From Eubacteriaceae bacterium ES3 (GTDB lineage Bacteria > Bacillota > Clostridia > Eubacteriales > Eubacteriaceae), in the NCBI GenBank assembly GCA_030586155.1, contig CP130741.1:396680-428679 (forward strand): a stretch of 32,000 nt of DNA. The letters are read 5' to 3'. Both the position numbers and the translations under genes were made by a program. The notes under the pieces are model-generated. The model was not told the origin of the DNA, ran no database searches, and worked only from the letters and a program-made list of their open reading frames with translations. The first letter of the stretch is position 1. Each line of letters opens with the position of its first letter. Shown piece by piece: positions 13,907-22,904 of the stretch.

Positions 13907-15934
13907 ATGAAAAAGATCATATTAAATCTGAAACGAGTACTTAATCGAATCGCTGAAGCAGACAATATGGAACAAATTATGGAAAATGAAAATAAGCTGA
14001 TAATGAGCATTCTGGGGCCAATGTTATTTTTAGGCGCCATCGTTTGTATAATTATTGGATTTTACTGGCAGTTAGGGATCTATTCAACTGCGGGTGTAGC
14101 GGGTACGCTCTTTTTAGGTGGAATATTTATTCTTACCATCCTGCACCGGAAACTTTCACGCCGCCTGGCCTTGAACCTGGTGAGTATGGCAATTACTTTT
14201 AGTTTATTGGCCACCTATCTGACATTATTTGAACATTTCACCTTGTTGTTCTGGCTAATCATCCTGATTATGATTATTCTATCCAATGTGATGCTGCAAC
14301 GAACACTGTTTTATTATATGGCTTTTGCCAGCCTGTTTTTCTTCGTTTACAGCCTGATTCGTTACCCGGATCTGACAATTCAAATGGATAATGCCTTTAA
14401 TCTGACATTCCTGGCAGTTTATTTCTGCCTCATTGTTGCAAGTATTGTCAGTAATACCGTGTATCGTCTAATTATTCAGAAAAAGTTAAAAATTTATGCC
14501 ACCACACTTTATCAGAAGGACAATCTAAATTCATTGTATGAAGATATAGTGGCTCATCAGCATCAGCTTAAGGCACAAAATGAATTATTGCTTAATTATA
14601 ATAATGAGATTGAAGCTAATCAGGAACGGCTGGAGCTTTTGGCCTATACCGATACCTTAACTGGGATCCCCAATCGCAAGATGATTATTGAGCAGATCGA
14701 GTTGATGATTGATTTCAACCAGGAAAACCGCCATCATTTTGCACTGGTTTTTATTGATCTTGATAATTTCAAGAAGATCAATGATTCCATGGGTCATGGA
14801 GCAGGGGATAATTTACTTATTCAGGTCGCTGGTCGCCTCAAGGCAGCAATGGATGAAAGAGATCTGATTGGCCGTTTAGGGGGGGATGAGCTGGCGATTT
14901 TGGTCCGTCGGCAGATTTCAGACGAGAAAGTGTTGAGCTATACAGAAAAACTCTTGAGTCTGCTGTCAAATCCATTTGACCTCGGGGAAAAATCAGTAAT
15001 TATAACAGCCAGTTTTGGAATTGCCATTTGGCCAGGAGATGCAACAACCTGCAGTGATCTCTTAAAGGCGGCTGATACAGCTATGTATAAAGCCAAGGAG
15101 ATGGGAAAAAATTCCGTTCAGTTTTATCGGAAGGAAATGAAAGCCGAAGTGATCTATAAGATAGAACTGGAAAATCGGATGATAAAAGCATTTGAAAATG
15201 AAGATTTTTTCGTGGTTTATCAGCCAATTGTTGATGTTGCCGATCAAAAGAATATGAGTTTTGAAGCTCTGCTTAGATGGGAGGTCCCTGGTCAGGGCTT
15301 GGTATCGCCGGTGGAGTTCATCCCGATGGCCGAAGAAATCGGTCTGATTGGCGAACTTGGTGAATGGGTATTGCGTCAGGCCTGCAAAAAAATCAAGGCA
15401 ATCAAGGCGGAGATGGGGATCGATATTCGTGTGGCAGTTAACGTTTCAGCTGTCCAGATGAAACGTCCGGATTTTCTGGGGGGGATTAGACGGGTCATCG
15501 AAGAGGAATCAGTAGATCCTAAGCAGTTGACTCTGGAGATTACGGAATCTGTTTTTATCGGTCACATTGAGCAGGCTATTATGATTATTAAGGAGCTTAA
15601 AGGGATGGGTGTGATGATCTCGCTTGACGATTTTGGAACCGGCTATTCATCACTGAGTTATCTGATGCAGTTACCGATTGATGTTCTGAAGATTGACCGA
15701 TCTTTTATTAAATCATTGGAAAAAGAAGAAAAGAATAACCGGATAGTTGGCAGTATCATTGAAATGGTCCATAACCTGGACATTCATGTGGTGGCCGAAG
15801 GTGTTGAAGAAACGCCGCAGTTAGATTTCCTCAAAGATAAAAAATGTGACTGGATTCAGGGATATTTATTTAGTCGACCGCTAGGGGATGTTGATATGCT
15901 GAATTATCTTAAAATACAACAGGAAAATGACTAA
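13907..15934 (+). CDS. Membrane-anchored GGDEF-EAL c-di-GMP signalling protein
   Basis: An N-terminal region of about 6 TM helices is followed by a coiled-coil linker. The GGDEF domain has RLGGDELAIL (GGDEL variant). The EAL domain has FEALLRW, DDFGTGYSSL, KIDRSF and AEGVE. I take the start at the ATG at 13907, with AAGAGGTG 7 nt upstream. The 13790 start in the track lacks a good RBS. Confidence 0.85.
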   Translation: MKKIILNLKRVLNRIAEADNMEQIMENENKLIMSILGPMLFLGAIVCIIIGFYWQLGIYSTAGVAGTLFLGGIFILTILHRKLSRRLALNLVSMAITFSLLATYLTLFEHFTLLFWLIILIMIILSNVMLQRTLFYYMAFASLFFFVYSLIRYPDLTIQMDNAFNLTFLAVYFCLIVASIVSNTVYRLIIQKKLKIYATTLYQKDNLNSLYEDIVAHQHQLKAQNELLLNYNNEIEANQERLELLAYTDTLTGIPNRKMIIEQIELMIDFNQENRHHFALVFIDLDNFKKINDSMGHGAGDNLLIQVAGRLKAAMDERDLIGRLGGDELAILVRRQISDEKVLSYTEKLLSLLSNPFDLGEKSVIITASFGIAIWPGDATTCSDLLKAADTAMYKAKEMGKNSVQFYRKEMKAEVIYKIELENRMIKAFENEDFFVVYQPIVDVADQKNMSFEALLRWEVPGQGLVSPVEFIPMAEEIGLIGELGEWVLRQACKKIKAIKAEMGIDIRVAVNVSAVQMKRPDFLGGIRRVIEEESVDPKQLTLEITESVFIGHIEQAIMIIKELKGMGVMISLDDFGTGYSSLSYLMQLPIDVLKIDRSFIKSLEKEEKNNRIVGSIIEMVHNLDIHVVAEGVEETPQLDFLKDKKCDWIQGYLFSRPLGDVDMLNYLKIQQEND

Positions 15935-15987
15935 ATGTTTTGCAATGATTTGAAGCATGCAAAATTAAAAAAAATTTAATTTATCAA

Positions 15988-16021
15988 ACAGGTGTCTGAT
16001 GATTGAGATTCAAACACCTGT
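15988..16021 (+). terminator. Hairpin downstream of the GGDEF-EAL gene (possible terminator without a clear U-tract)
   Basis: ACAGGTGT (15988-15995) and ACACCTGT (16014-16021) are separated by an 18-nt loop, with possible extension through ATCAA/TTGAT. No T-run follows. Confidence 0.35.
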
Positions 16022-16059
16022 ATTGATTCGAATGAATGATAGCTTTATGGTAATATCTA

Positions 16060-16088
16060 TTGACAAAATGCCCTGGTCATACTATCAT
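16060..16088 (+). promoter_or_regulatory. Sigma-70-like promoter of the amino-acid ABC transporter operon
   Basis: TTGACA (16060-16065) is followed by a 17-nt spacer and TATCAT (16083-16088). Confidence 0.55.
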
Positions 16089-16179
16089 TAAATAGAATTA
16101 AAGAAAAACTAAAGAAATTGATAAAGCAACGAGGCTTCAGACTACGCGATCAAAGTACGTACGTTTTAAGAGGCTTTTT

Positions 16180-16938
16180 TTGGGCGTTTCGATGTCAGAT
16201 TTGGGGGAAAAGGGTTTGATTAAACTTGAAAATGTAAATAAGTATTTTGGTGAAAACCATGTGCTCAAGGATATTAATTTAGAGGTCAAAGAAGGTGAGA
16301 AGCTGGTTATTATTGGACCTTCTGGTTCAGGAAAAAGTACCACTGTCCGATGTATGAATTTTCTGGAGGAGCCGACATCGGGTAAGGTTTTTGTCGATGG
16401 TGAAGAGCTTACCCAGAAAAATAAGATTGAATTGATCAGAAGAACGTCGGCGATGGTGTTTCAAAGTTTTAACCTCTATCCGCATAAAACTGTTCTGGAA
16501 AATCTGACGCTAGCACCAATAAAATTGCAGAAACTGCCAAAAGAAGAAGCGGTTAAAAAAGCACGTAAATATTTGTCGATTGTTGGCTTAAGCGAGAAAG
16601 AAAATGCTTATCCGACGACTCTGTCCGGGGGACAGCAGCAGCGTGTGGCAATTGCCAGGGCGCTGGCGACGGAACAGAAAATTATTCTTTTTGATGAACC
16701 GACATCTGCTCTTGACCCGGAAACGGTTCAGGAAGTACTTGATGTTATGATTAAACTTTCAAAGGAAAATATTACCATGGTAGTGGTTACTCACGAAATG
16801 GGTTTTGCCCGGATGGTTGCCGATCGGGTCATTTTTATGGATGATGGCCGGATTGTCGAAGAAGGGGCACCGGAACATTTCTTTGAGAATCCGACGGAAG
16901 AACGAACCAAGCTCTTCCTCAGTAAAATTCTGCGTTAA
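16180..16938 (+). CDS. Amino-acid ABC transporter ATP-binding protein (polar amino acid, GlnQ-like)
   Basis: Walker A is GPSGSGKST, the signature motif is [15 protein letters not shown], and Walker B is [11 protein letters not shown]. The TTG at 16180 has AAGAGG 6 nt upstream. The ATG at 16192 is an alternative start. Confidence 0.9.
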   Translation: MGVSMSDLGEKGLIKLENVNKYFGENHVLKDINLEVKEGEKLVIIGPSGSGKSTTVRCMNFLEEPTSGKVFVDGEELTQKNKIELIRRTSAMVFQSFNLYPHKTVLENLTLAPIKLQKLPKEEAVKKARKYLSIVGLSEKENAYPTTLSGGQQQRVAIARALATEQKIILFDEPTSALDPETVQEVLDVMIKLSKENITMVVVTHEMGFARMVADRVIFMDDGRIVEEGAPEHFFENPTEERTKLFLSKILR

Positions 16939-17023
16939 TTTCCGATGCCTTTTACTTGCAGCTGGAGTCAGTTGCGATTATCAGGAAGCGGTGATTATAA
17001 ATTTTTTTAGGAGGAATATGATT

Positions 17024-17839
17024 ATGAAAAAGGTACTTTCTGCTCTGTTGGTATTCTGCCTGTTGTTTGCGCTGGTAGGATGCTCTTCATCATCTACTGA
17101 TTCCAGTGATGATACAGCGACAGCTGATGATGGCAGCCTACAGGCTGTTGTTGATGCGGGTGTGTTACGGGTTGGTGTAAAAGAGGATGTTCCGAACTTT
17201 GGACTAAGAAACACTGACACTAATGAAATTGAAGGATTTGAAGTGGATCTTGCGAAAATGCTGGCAGCTGAAATTCTTGGTGATGAAAATGCCATTGAAT
17301 TAACACCGGTTACTGCTAAAACGCGTGGACCGTTACTGGATAACGGTGAATTGGATCTGGTAATTGCAACCTTCACAATTACAGAAGAACGAAAACTGAC
17401 TTACAACTTCTCAACTGCATATTATGAAGATGCAGTGGGTCTGTTAGTTAAAAAAGACGCTGGATTTACCGGTCTTGCCGATATGGATGGCGCTGTGATT
17501 GGTGTTGCCCAGAGTGCGACTTCAAAAGATGCCGTTCAGGCAGCTGCTGATGAACTGGGAATAGCTGTATCTTTCTCCGAATATGCAACATATCCTGAAA
17601 TTAAAGCTGCTCTTGACTCTGGTCGAGTAGATGCTTTCTGTGTAGACGGCTCAATCCTTGGCGGATATGTAGATGATACTACTATGATCCTGCCTGACCG
17701 CTTCTCTCCACAGGAATATGGTGTTGCTTCTAACTTAAACAATGTTGCACTGGCTGAAGCTGTTGATGGTTATATTACTGGATGGTTGGCAGATGGCACC
17801 ATTGAAGAACTGATTACGAAATGGGGACTTAATTATTAA
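17024..17839 (+). CDS. Amino-acid ABC transporter substrate-binding lipoprotein
   Basis: The signal peptide has a lipobox (LLFALVGCSSS). The body is PBP2-like (LRVGVKEDVPNFG...DLVIATFTITEER). AGGAGG at 17009-17014 lies 9 nt from the ATG at 17024; the ATG at 17018 is also possible. The 16805 start in the track overlaps the ATPase gene and is rejected. Confidence 0.85.
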   Translation: MKKVLSALLVFCLLFALVGCSSSSTDSSDDTATADDGSLQAVVDAGVLRVGVKEDVPNFGLRNTDTNEIEGFEVDLAKMLAAEILGDENAIELTPVTAKTRGPLLDNGELDLVIATFTITEERKLTYNFSTAYYEDAVGLLVKKDAGFTGLADMDGAVIGVAQSATSKDAVQAAADELGIAVSFSEYATYPEIKAALDSGRVDAFCVDGSILGGYVDDTTMILPDRFSPQEYGVASNLNNVALAEAVDGYITGWLADGTIEELITKWGLNY

Positions 17840-18561
17840 TGAAAAGCTCTAATCCTTTTGCCTTATGGCGTTGGGAGAAGATGTTTGGACAATGGCAAAT
17901 GTTTGGCGAAGGCTTTTTGCGTACCATTGAGGTCGCAGCCCTCGCCATTATCCTTGCTCTAGTGCTGGGCATTGTGTTTGGGGTGATTTCCACATCAAAC
18001 AACAAAGTTATGCGTGGAATTGCAAGGGTTTATGTCGAGTTTTTCCAAAACACACCTCTGGTCATACAGGTTTTCTTTATGTATAATGGTCTGGCTATTG
18101 CCGGACTGCGTTTAAGTGTCTTTACCATCGGCGTACTGGGAGTAGGCATTTATCATGGCGCCTATGTGTCTGAGGTGGTTAAAGCTGGTATTCACTCGAT
18201 TCCCGAGGGACAGGTCGAGGCGGCTAAATCTCAAGGGTTCACTTATATTCAATATATGCGTTATATTATTTTACCGCAGACGGTTAAAATTATTTTACCG
18301 CCACTGACCAATCAGGCCGTCAATCTGATAAAGAACACGTCAGTACTGGCGATGATATCCGGGTTCGATCTGATGTATATGGCCGATTCATGGGCATCAT
18401 CAAGTCTTGATTATGGTCCATCCTATGTTTTCGCAGGTCTTTTGTATTTTATGCTTTGTTTCCCACTGGCAACCTGGGCCCGAAAATACGAAGAACGTCT
18501 CAAGCGAAACGATTTGACCCATTTACCATATGATGCGGCTGAGGAGGCAATTACATGTTAG
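17839..18561 (+). CDS. Amino-acid ABC transporter permease (His/Glu/Gln/Arg/opine family)
   Basis: The polytopic protein has an EAA-loop (PEGQVEAAKSQGFTYIQYMRYIILPQ). The start overlaps the upstream stop (TAATG). Confidence 0.9.
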   Translation: MKSSNPFALWRWEKMFGQWQMFGEGFLRTIEVAALAIILALVLGIVFGVISTSNNKVMRGIARVYVEFFQNTPLVIQVFFMYNGLAIAGLRLSVFTIGVLGVGIYHGAYVSEVVKAGIHSIPEGQVEAAKSQGFTYIQYMRYIILPQTVKIILPPLTNQAVNLIKNTSVLAMISGFDLMYMADSWASSSLDYGPSYVFAGLLYFMLCFPLATWARKYEERLKRNDLTHLPYDAAEEAITC

Positions 18562-19214
18562 AACTTTTTCAAAATGTCTTTACGCCTTCAAACATCCAGT
18601 TTTTAGCTAAGGGTATGGGCCTAACGCTATTACTTTCAGTAATTATTATTATTACTTCGATTCTTTTTGGAACGCTTTTGGGGCTTTTACGAAGCTATGA
18701 AAGGCGATTTTTGGGAAAAGTGGCAGGTTTCTACATAGAAATGTTTAGAAACACCCCACTCCTGCTTTGGATTCTGGTCTGCTGCTTTATGATTCCTCTA
18801 GGAACGGTTGTCATGCGTGGCGGCTTGGCCTTGATTCTTTATACTTCAGCAGTTATTGCCGAGATTGTTCGTGGTGGACTTAATTCAATTCCAGAGGGGC
18901 AGTTTGAGGCAGCGAAATCCCAGGGCTTTACATTAATTCAGACCTTAAGTTATATTGTTTTGCCGCAATGTTTCAAAAATATTATTCCGTCACTCTTATC
19001 TCAGGTTATTACCACAGTAAAAGATACTTCGTTTTTACAGGTTGTGGCAATTCCTGAATATACTAGAAGCGGATTTGTGGTCATGGGACGATATACTACA
19101 ACGGCCGAAGTATTTTTGATTTTTGCAACCCTGGCAGTTGGCTATTTTGTAGTCTGCTTTAGTCTTTCAATGGTTGTTCGTAACTATCAAAAAAGGACAA
19201 GTGTGGCCCGTTAA
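18555..19214 (+). CDS. Amino-acid ABC transporter permease, second subunit
   Basis: It has an EAA-loop (PEGQFEAAKSQGFTLIQTLSYIVLPQ) and overlaps the upstream gene by 7 nt. Confidence 0.9.
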   Translation: MLELFQNVFTPSNIQFLAKGMGLTLLLSVIIIITSILFGTLLGLLRSYERRFLGKVAGFYIEMFRNTPLLLWILVCCFMIPLGTVVMRGGLALILYTSAVIAEIVRGGLNSIPEGQFEAAKSQGFTLIQTLSYIVLPQCFKNIIPSLLSQVITTVKDTSFLQVVAIPEYTRSGFVVMGRYTTTAEVFLIFATLAVGYFVVCFSLSMVVRNYQKRTSVAR

Positions 19215-19239
19215 TAGGTTAGAATAAAAGTGCGATAAA

Positions 19240-19292
19240 AAATCGCGTGGCATGTATTCCAATGAAATACATACCACGCGATTTTTATTTTT
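19240..19292 (+). terminator. Rho-independent terminator of the ABC operon
   Basis: AAATCGCGTGGCATGTATT-ccaatga-AATACATACCACGCGATTT forms an approximately 18-bp stem with one mismatch, followed by TTATTTTTT. Confidence 0.85.
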
Positions 19293-19320
19293 TGAGCGTA
19301 ATCTTTCGGGACCAATATAA

Positions 19321-19349
19321 TTGACAAATATTTATAATTTTAATATAAA
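19321..19349 (+). promoter_or_regulatory. Sigma-70-like promoter of the downstream membrane-protein gene
   Basis: TTGACA (19321-19326) is followed by a 17-nt spacer and TATAAA (19344-19349). Confidence 0.55.
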
Positions 19350-19415
19350 TGGCGAAAAAAATAGAAAAAATGGGTATCTAAATTACAAATATAAAAAATG
19401 ATAGGAGGGATTACA

Positions 19416-20180
19416 ATGAGCCAATTTACAAAAGCCGTTTTAAGTTTGGTTTTATTGGTTGGAACTTTAGTCGTTAATGCTTTAGGGGCTTTTGGATTCT
19501 TTAACGGAATGTCGCAAAAGGCGGTTTCCGATCTGAATCCTACGCTCATTACGCCAGCTCCGTTTACCTTTGGGATATGGAGTGTTATCTATTTACTACT
19601 GCTCAGTGCTGCTGTCCTTATGGTAGTAAAAAATAAAGATCCGCTTTATAGCGAGGCAATTGATCAGACCGCTCGTCTTTTCTGGGTTTCGTCTGGTCTC
19701 AATATGTTGTGGATTGTTTGTTTCTCATATAATTTTATTGGCATGTCAGCCATTATTATTCTGGCTTTTGCCATTGTGCTTGCATTGCTTGTTAAAAGGT
19801 TAAGTCAATTGGAAGCTGGAAAAAGCTGGTTGCTGCCAACTGCTTTTGGCTTATATTCAGGTTGGCTGCTGATAGCAACGGTTGTCAATTTTTCTGCCTT
19901 CTTAGTCAGCATTGGGTGGAATGGCTTTGGCCTGGCACCAGAATACTGGGCGTCTATAGTTTTAGTCATTGCAGTAGGACTGGCCTTTGTTGTTGCAAGT
20001 AATACCAAAAACTTTGTCATCCCACTGCCGATAGCCTGGGGATTCTTTGGAATCTATCAGGCACACAAAGAAATGGGGGGGGGATATCCTTTGTTACAGA
20101 CTGTTACTTTAATAGGAATCCTACTTCTTTTAGGGATTAGCGGCTACCAGTTCTGGAGGAATAAAAAATCAGTGGGCTGA
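19416..20180 (+). CDS. Integral membrane protein, tentatively TspO/MBR-related (tryptophan-rich sensory protein-like)
   Basis: It is Trp-rich with about 7 hydrophobic segments. ITPAPFTFGIWSVIYLLL resembles the motif I associate with long TspO-like proteins. I take the start at the ATG at 19416, with AGGAGG 6 nt upstream. The family call is from memory only. Confidence 0.4.
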   Translation: MSQFTKAVLSLVLLVGTLVVNALGAFGFFNGMSQKAVSDLNPTLITPAPFTFGIWSVIYLLLLSAAVLMVVKNKDPLYSEAIDQTARLFWVSSGLNMLWIVCFSYNFIGMSAIIILAFAIVLALLVKRLSQLEAGKSWLLPTAFGLYSGWLLIATVVNFSAFLVSIGWNGFGLAPEYWASIVLVIAVGLAFVVASNTKNFVIPLPIAWGFFGIYQAHKEMGGGYPLLQTVTLIGILLLLGISGYQFWRNKKSVG

Positions 20181-20209
20181 TCTAGAAAGATAATTGAGTA
20201 AGTCCGATA

Positions 20210-21076
20210 TTAAGAATTTTTATGAGCTTTTGCACTTAAAAATTTAGCTGCTTCCATTCCGGCCTTTTCACCTTCATAGATTGCTTTGGACAGGGTCATT
20301 TCAGCGTTTGTACAGCCGCCAGCAGCATAGACGCCAGGCAGATTAGTACCCAGTTGATTATTGACTTGAATAAGCTGATTTTCAGACATAACCCCCAATT
20401 TACGGGCCAGGTCGGATCCGTTTGCAATTCCGACAGCCAGAAATAGTCCTGCAAACAACAGGCTGGAATCATCTTCAAAGAGGACGCCCTCAATGGTTTC
20501 GTGTCCGAAGAAGCCTTCGATTTTTTTCTCGATCACGGTAATGTGATCAGGGATTTTTACATTGACTGGTTCACCATTTGTCAGGATAGTAGCTGAAGCA
20601 GCAAAAGTAAGAAGTTGATTTGCCTCATACAGTGCATACTCACCGTTTCCTAAAACGACAGGATGACGGTCTCTGTAGAAGAAGGCATCACAGGCGGCAC
20701 AGTGATGAACCCCTTTCCCAATAAAAGCGGACAGGTTATCCAGATCAGGCAAGGGGGAAGGAGGACCGGTTGTAATAATCAGGCTGTCCGTAGAGTAATC
20801 GGCTGATTTTGTTTTGACATGAAGTTTTCCAGTATAGGAAAAACCGATTACTTCATCTGTAATAATCTCAACACCCAGGTCTTTGAGTCGGCTTCGGGTG
20901 TTGTCGATTAGAATTTTACCGGAAATTGCTGTGTTATAGCCGAAAACGGTTTGAACTGAATTGACTAATGTGCTGTTATTTAAGCCAATCAGGATAGTAT
21001 CTATCCCACATTGTGCGGTATGTAAAGCAGCCGACATCCCGGCGGGGCCAGTTCCAATAATAATTACACTAGACAT
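20210..21076 (-). CDS. Thioredoxin-reductase-like FAD-dependent disulfide oxidoreductase
   Basis: It has the FAD motif VIIIGTGPAGMSAA and the redox-active pair HHCAACDAFF (CAAC at 20690..20701). Where TrxB has GGGxSA it has LGNGEYA, and I see no HRRxxxR. I take the start at the ATG at 21076 (MSSVIIIG...). Confidence 0.75.
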   Translation of the reverse strand: MSSVIIIGTGPAGMSAALHTAQCGIDTILIGLNNSTLVNSVQTVFGYNTAISGKILIDNTRSRLKDLGVEIITDEVIGFSYTGKLHVKTKSADYSTDSLIITTGPPSPLPDLDNLSAFIGKGVHHCAACDAFFYRDRHPVVLGNGEYALYEANQLLTFAASATILTNGEPVNVKIPDHITVIEKKIEGFFGHETIEGVLFEDDSSLLFAGLFLAVGIANGSDLARKLGVMSENQLIQVNNQLGTNLPGVYAAGGCTNAEMTLSKAIYEGEKAGMEAAKFLSAKAHKNS

Positions 21077-21228
21077 AAAAAAGCCGCCTTTCATTTGATA
21101 AACTCATTATAGCAGATAAAATAAGGGGATGCTACAGATGTGCATTCTGGTCTCAAAGCATTAGTAAAAATACTAAGACGCATCAGAAATAGTGATATTC
21201 AACACATTTAGAAAGAGAGGCGTATTTG

Positions 21229-21882
21229 ATGGAAAACCTAACCTGGAGTTTAAGAACAAGCTTAGATGGTGAGAAGCCCGAGATTGTATCGGATTATCTG
21301 CTGAACGAACTTGGTGTTTTTGTAAAACACGAAATGCGAATGCCCAAAAAAGCGAAACTTACAGCCTTGACTGGTTTTCGAATTGGTTATAAGGCAATAC
21401 CTGGGACAGATTATCGAGCCGCTCCGATGGATCGTCAGGCGATTCTATGGAAAAAAATCAAACGGATCGAAGAATTTAAGGATGGTCTGATAATTTTTGG
21501 AAACAGCGAGGATGAGATCAAACTGCTTTTTGAAGAGGTAAACAGGGATGAGATTAGCTCATATATAAGCTCTATGAGAACAGCTCATCCGCCGATTAAA
21601 ACAGCTGACTTCGATGCCGCTTCCTGGCTTTGCTGGCAGGAGGATGATGAGTGGACTGATCCCTTTGCACCGCTATCAGAAATGATTGAGGAAGAATTAC
21701 GAACTGAACGCTTTCTTGAACCGGAGGTTTTAGCAGCAACAGTTTTGCGTGGTGACGTGGAGATGTTAGGCACAGAAAATAATTCGGAATTAGATAGAAA
21801 TGAAAAGTTTTGTCATAATTGCGGAACATGGCTTTCTTTAGATGATAATTTTTGTACTGAGTGCGGTGCTAAGCAGGATTAA
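21229..21882 (+). CDS. Hypothetical protein with a C-terminal zinc-ribbon
   Basis: The C-terminal CHNCGTWLSLDDNFCTECGAK gives CxxC-x10-CxxC. The rest is unrecognised. AGAGAGG lies 8 nt upstream of the ATG at 21229. Confidence 0.6.
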   Translation: MENLTWSLRTSLDGEKPEIVSDYLLNELGVFVKHEMRMPKKAKLTALTGFRIGYKAIPGTDYRAAPMDRQAILWKKIKRIEEFKDGLIIFGNSEDEIKLLFEEVNRDEISSYISSMRTAHPPIKTADFDAASWLCWQEDDEWTDPFAPLSEMIEEELRTERFLEPEVLAATVLRGDVEMLGTENNSELDRNEKFCHNCGTWLSLDDNFCTECGAKQD

Positions 21883-21901
21883 AGTCATATCGGGAAATGA
21901 A

Positions 21902-22714
21902 TCAAGACTTTTTCTTCTGACAATTTTTGCAATAATAAGTTCCCCGTCCGCCGATCATTTCTTTAGTGATTGGTTGGCCACAGGATGGGCAGGTTTTTTG
22001 TAGGTGGGCCTGAAGTTTGAGCTGAAATAATCCGGTTATGCCGTTAGCATCAAAGGAGTGAATGGTAGTTCCACCCTGTTCGATAGCTTCTTTTAGTATT
22101 TTAGCAGAAACGGCTACCAGCTCAGCGGTTCTCTTTTTACTAAGGCGTTTTCCTGGCGTTGACGGGTTGAGTTTCATCCTGAAGCAGATTTCGTTGGCAT
22201 AGATATTACCAATACCGGCCATGATGGATTGATTGAGCAGCAGGCTTTTTACAGGCAGGCTGCTCTTATGAATTTTCTGGTAAATTTCTTCGGGATTAGC
22301 GTCCCAGGGTTCAGGCCCCAGTTTGGACAGGGGCAGATCATTTCGGTAGGTATCTTTGTTTGCAAGTTCCAGTCGTCCGAATTTGCGGGTATCCTGATAT
22401 CGCATCTGGCTTTGGTCTGAAAAAATAAAACTGATGTGTTCATGCTTATTAAGTGGCCTGGAAGCATCAGTCAGATTATACTTGCCTTCCATCCGCAGAT
22501 GAGAGATAAAGGCATCATTATCTAAGATAAAGATCAGGTATTTTCCCACCCGGTCAATATCGCGAATGGTCTGACCTTTTAAAATGTCAATAAATTCATC
22601 GGTATCGCCATTAACAATTTTGTCATAATGTACCAGGATATCGGTGATCTTTTTACCGATGATAAAATTCTTTAAAGTTTGGCGGACGGTTTCCACTTCG
22701 GGCAGTTCAGGCAT
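21902..22714 (-). CDS. mutM: Formamidopyrimidine-DNA glycosylase (Fpg)
   Basis: The N-terminal MPELPEVETVRQTL carries the catalytic Pro2 and Glu3. An H2TH region is present. The C-terminal zinc finger is CPSCGQPITKEMIGGRGTYYCKNCQ. Confidence 0.92.
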   Translation of the reverse strand: MPELPEVETVRQTLKNFIIGKKITDILVHYDKIVNGDTDEFIDILKGQTIRDIDRVGKYLIFILDNDAFISHLRMEGKYNLTDASRPLNKHEHISFIFSDQSQMRYQDTRKFGRLELANKDTYRNDLPLSKLGPEPWDANPEEIYQKIHKSSLPVKSLLLNQSIMAGIGNIYANEICFRMKLNPSTPGKRLSKKRTAELVAVSAKILKEAIEQGGTTIHSFDANGITGLFQLKLQAHLQKTCPSCGQPITKEMIGGRGTYYCKNCQKKKS

Positions 22715-22792
22715 GTCGGTTCTCCTTGATAGTGTTTTATATATTATGACAGAAAGAAGGGGGATTTAAAAGTTATAAAAACTTAAAATAAT

Positions 22793-22818
22793 TAGACATT
22801 TTGTCTACTTAGTATAAT
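22793..22818 (+). promoter_or_regulatory. Candidate promoter with an overlapping 6-bp-arm palindrome upstream of the SDR gene
   Basis: TAGACA-TTT-TGTCTA (22793-22807) is followed by TATAAT (22813-22818). TTAGAC could serve as the -35 with a 15-16-nt spacer. Confidence 0.35.
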
Positions 22819-22904
22819 AACGTGCGTATTGGATTATAATTATGGCAAAAAGTATCAGAGGTTATTTAAATTAGTGAGCGATAAAATTTCAGGAGGAAGA
22901 AACA

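Noticed and set aside
16805-17017. The upstream extension of the substrate-binding protein ORF. The track's upstream extensions for 10452-10508, 8030-8077, 13790-13906, 19398-19415 and 21077-21094 raise the same issue.
   Set aside because: The extensions overlap the preceding genes or lack Shine-Dalgarno sequences. The internal ATGs have good RBSs, or are stop-start coupled, and give canonical N-termini (signal peptide, HTH, FAD motif).
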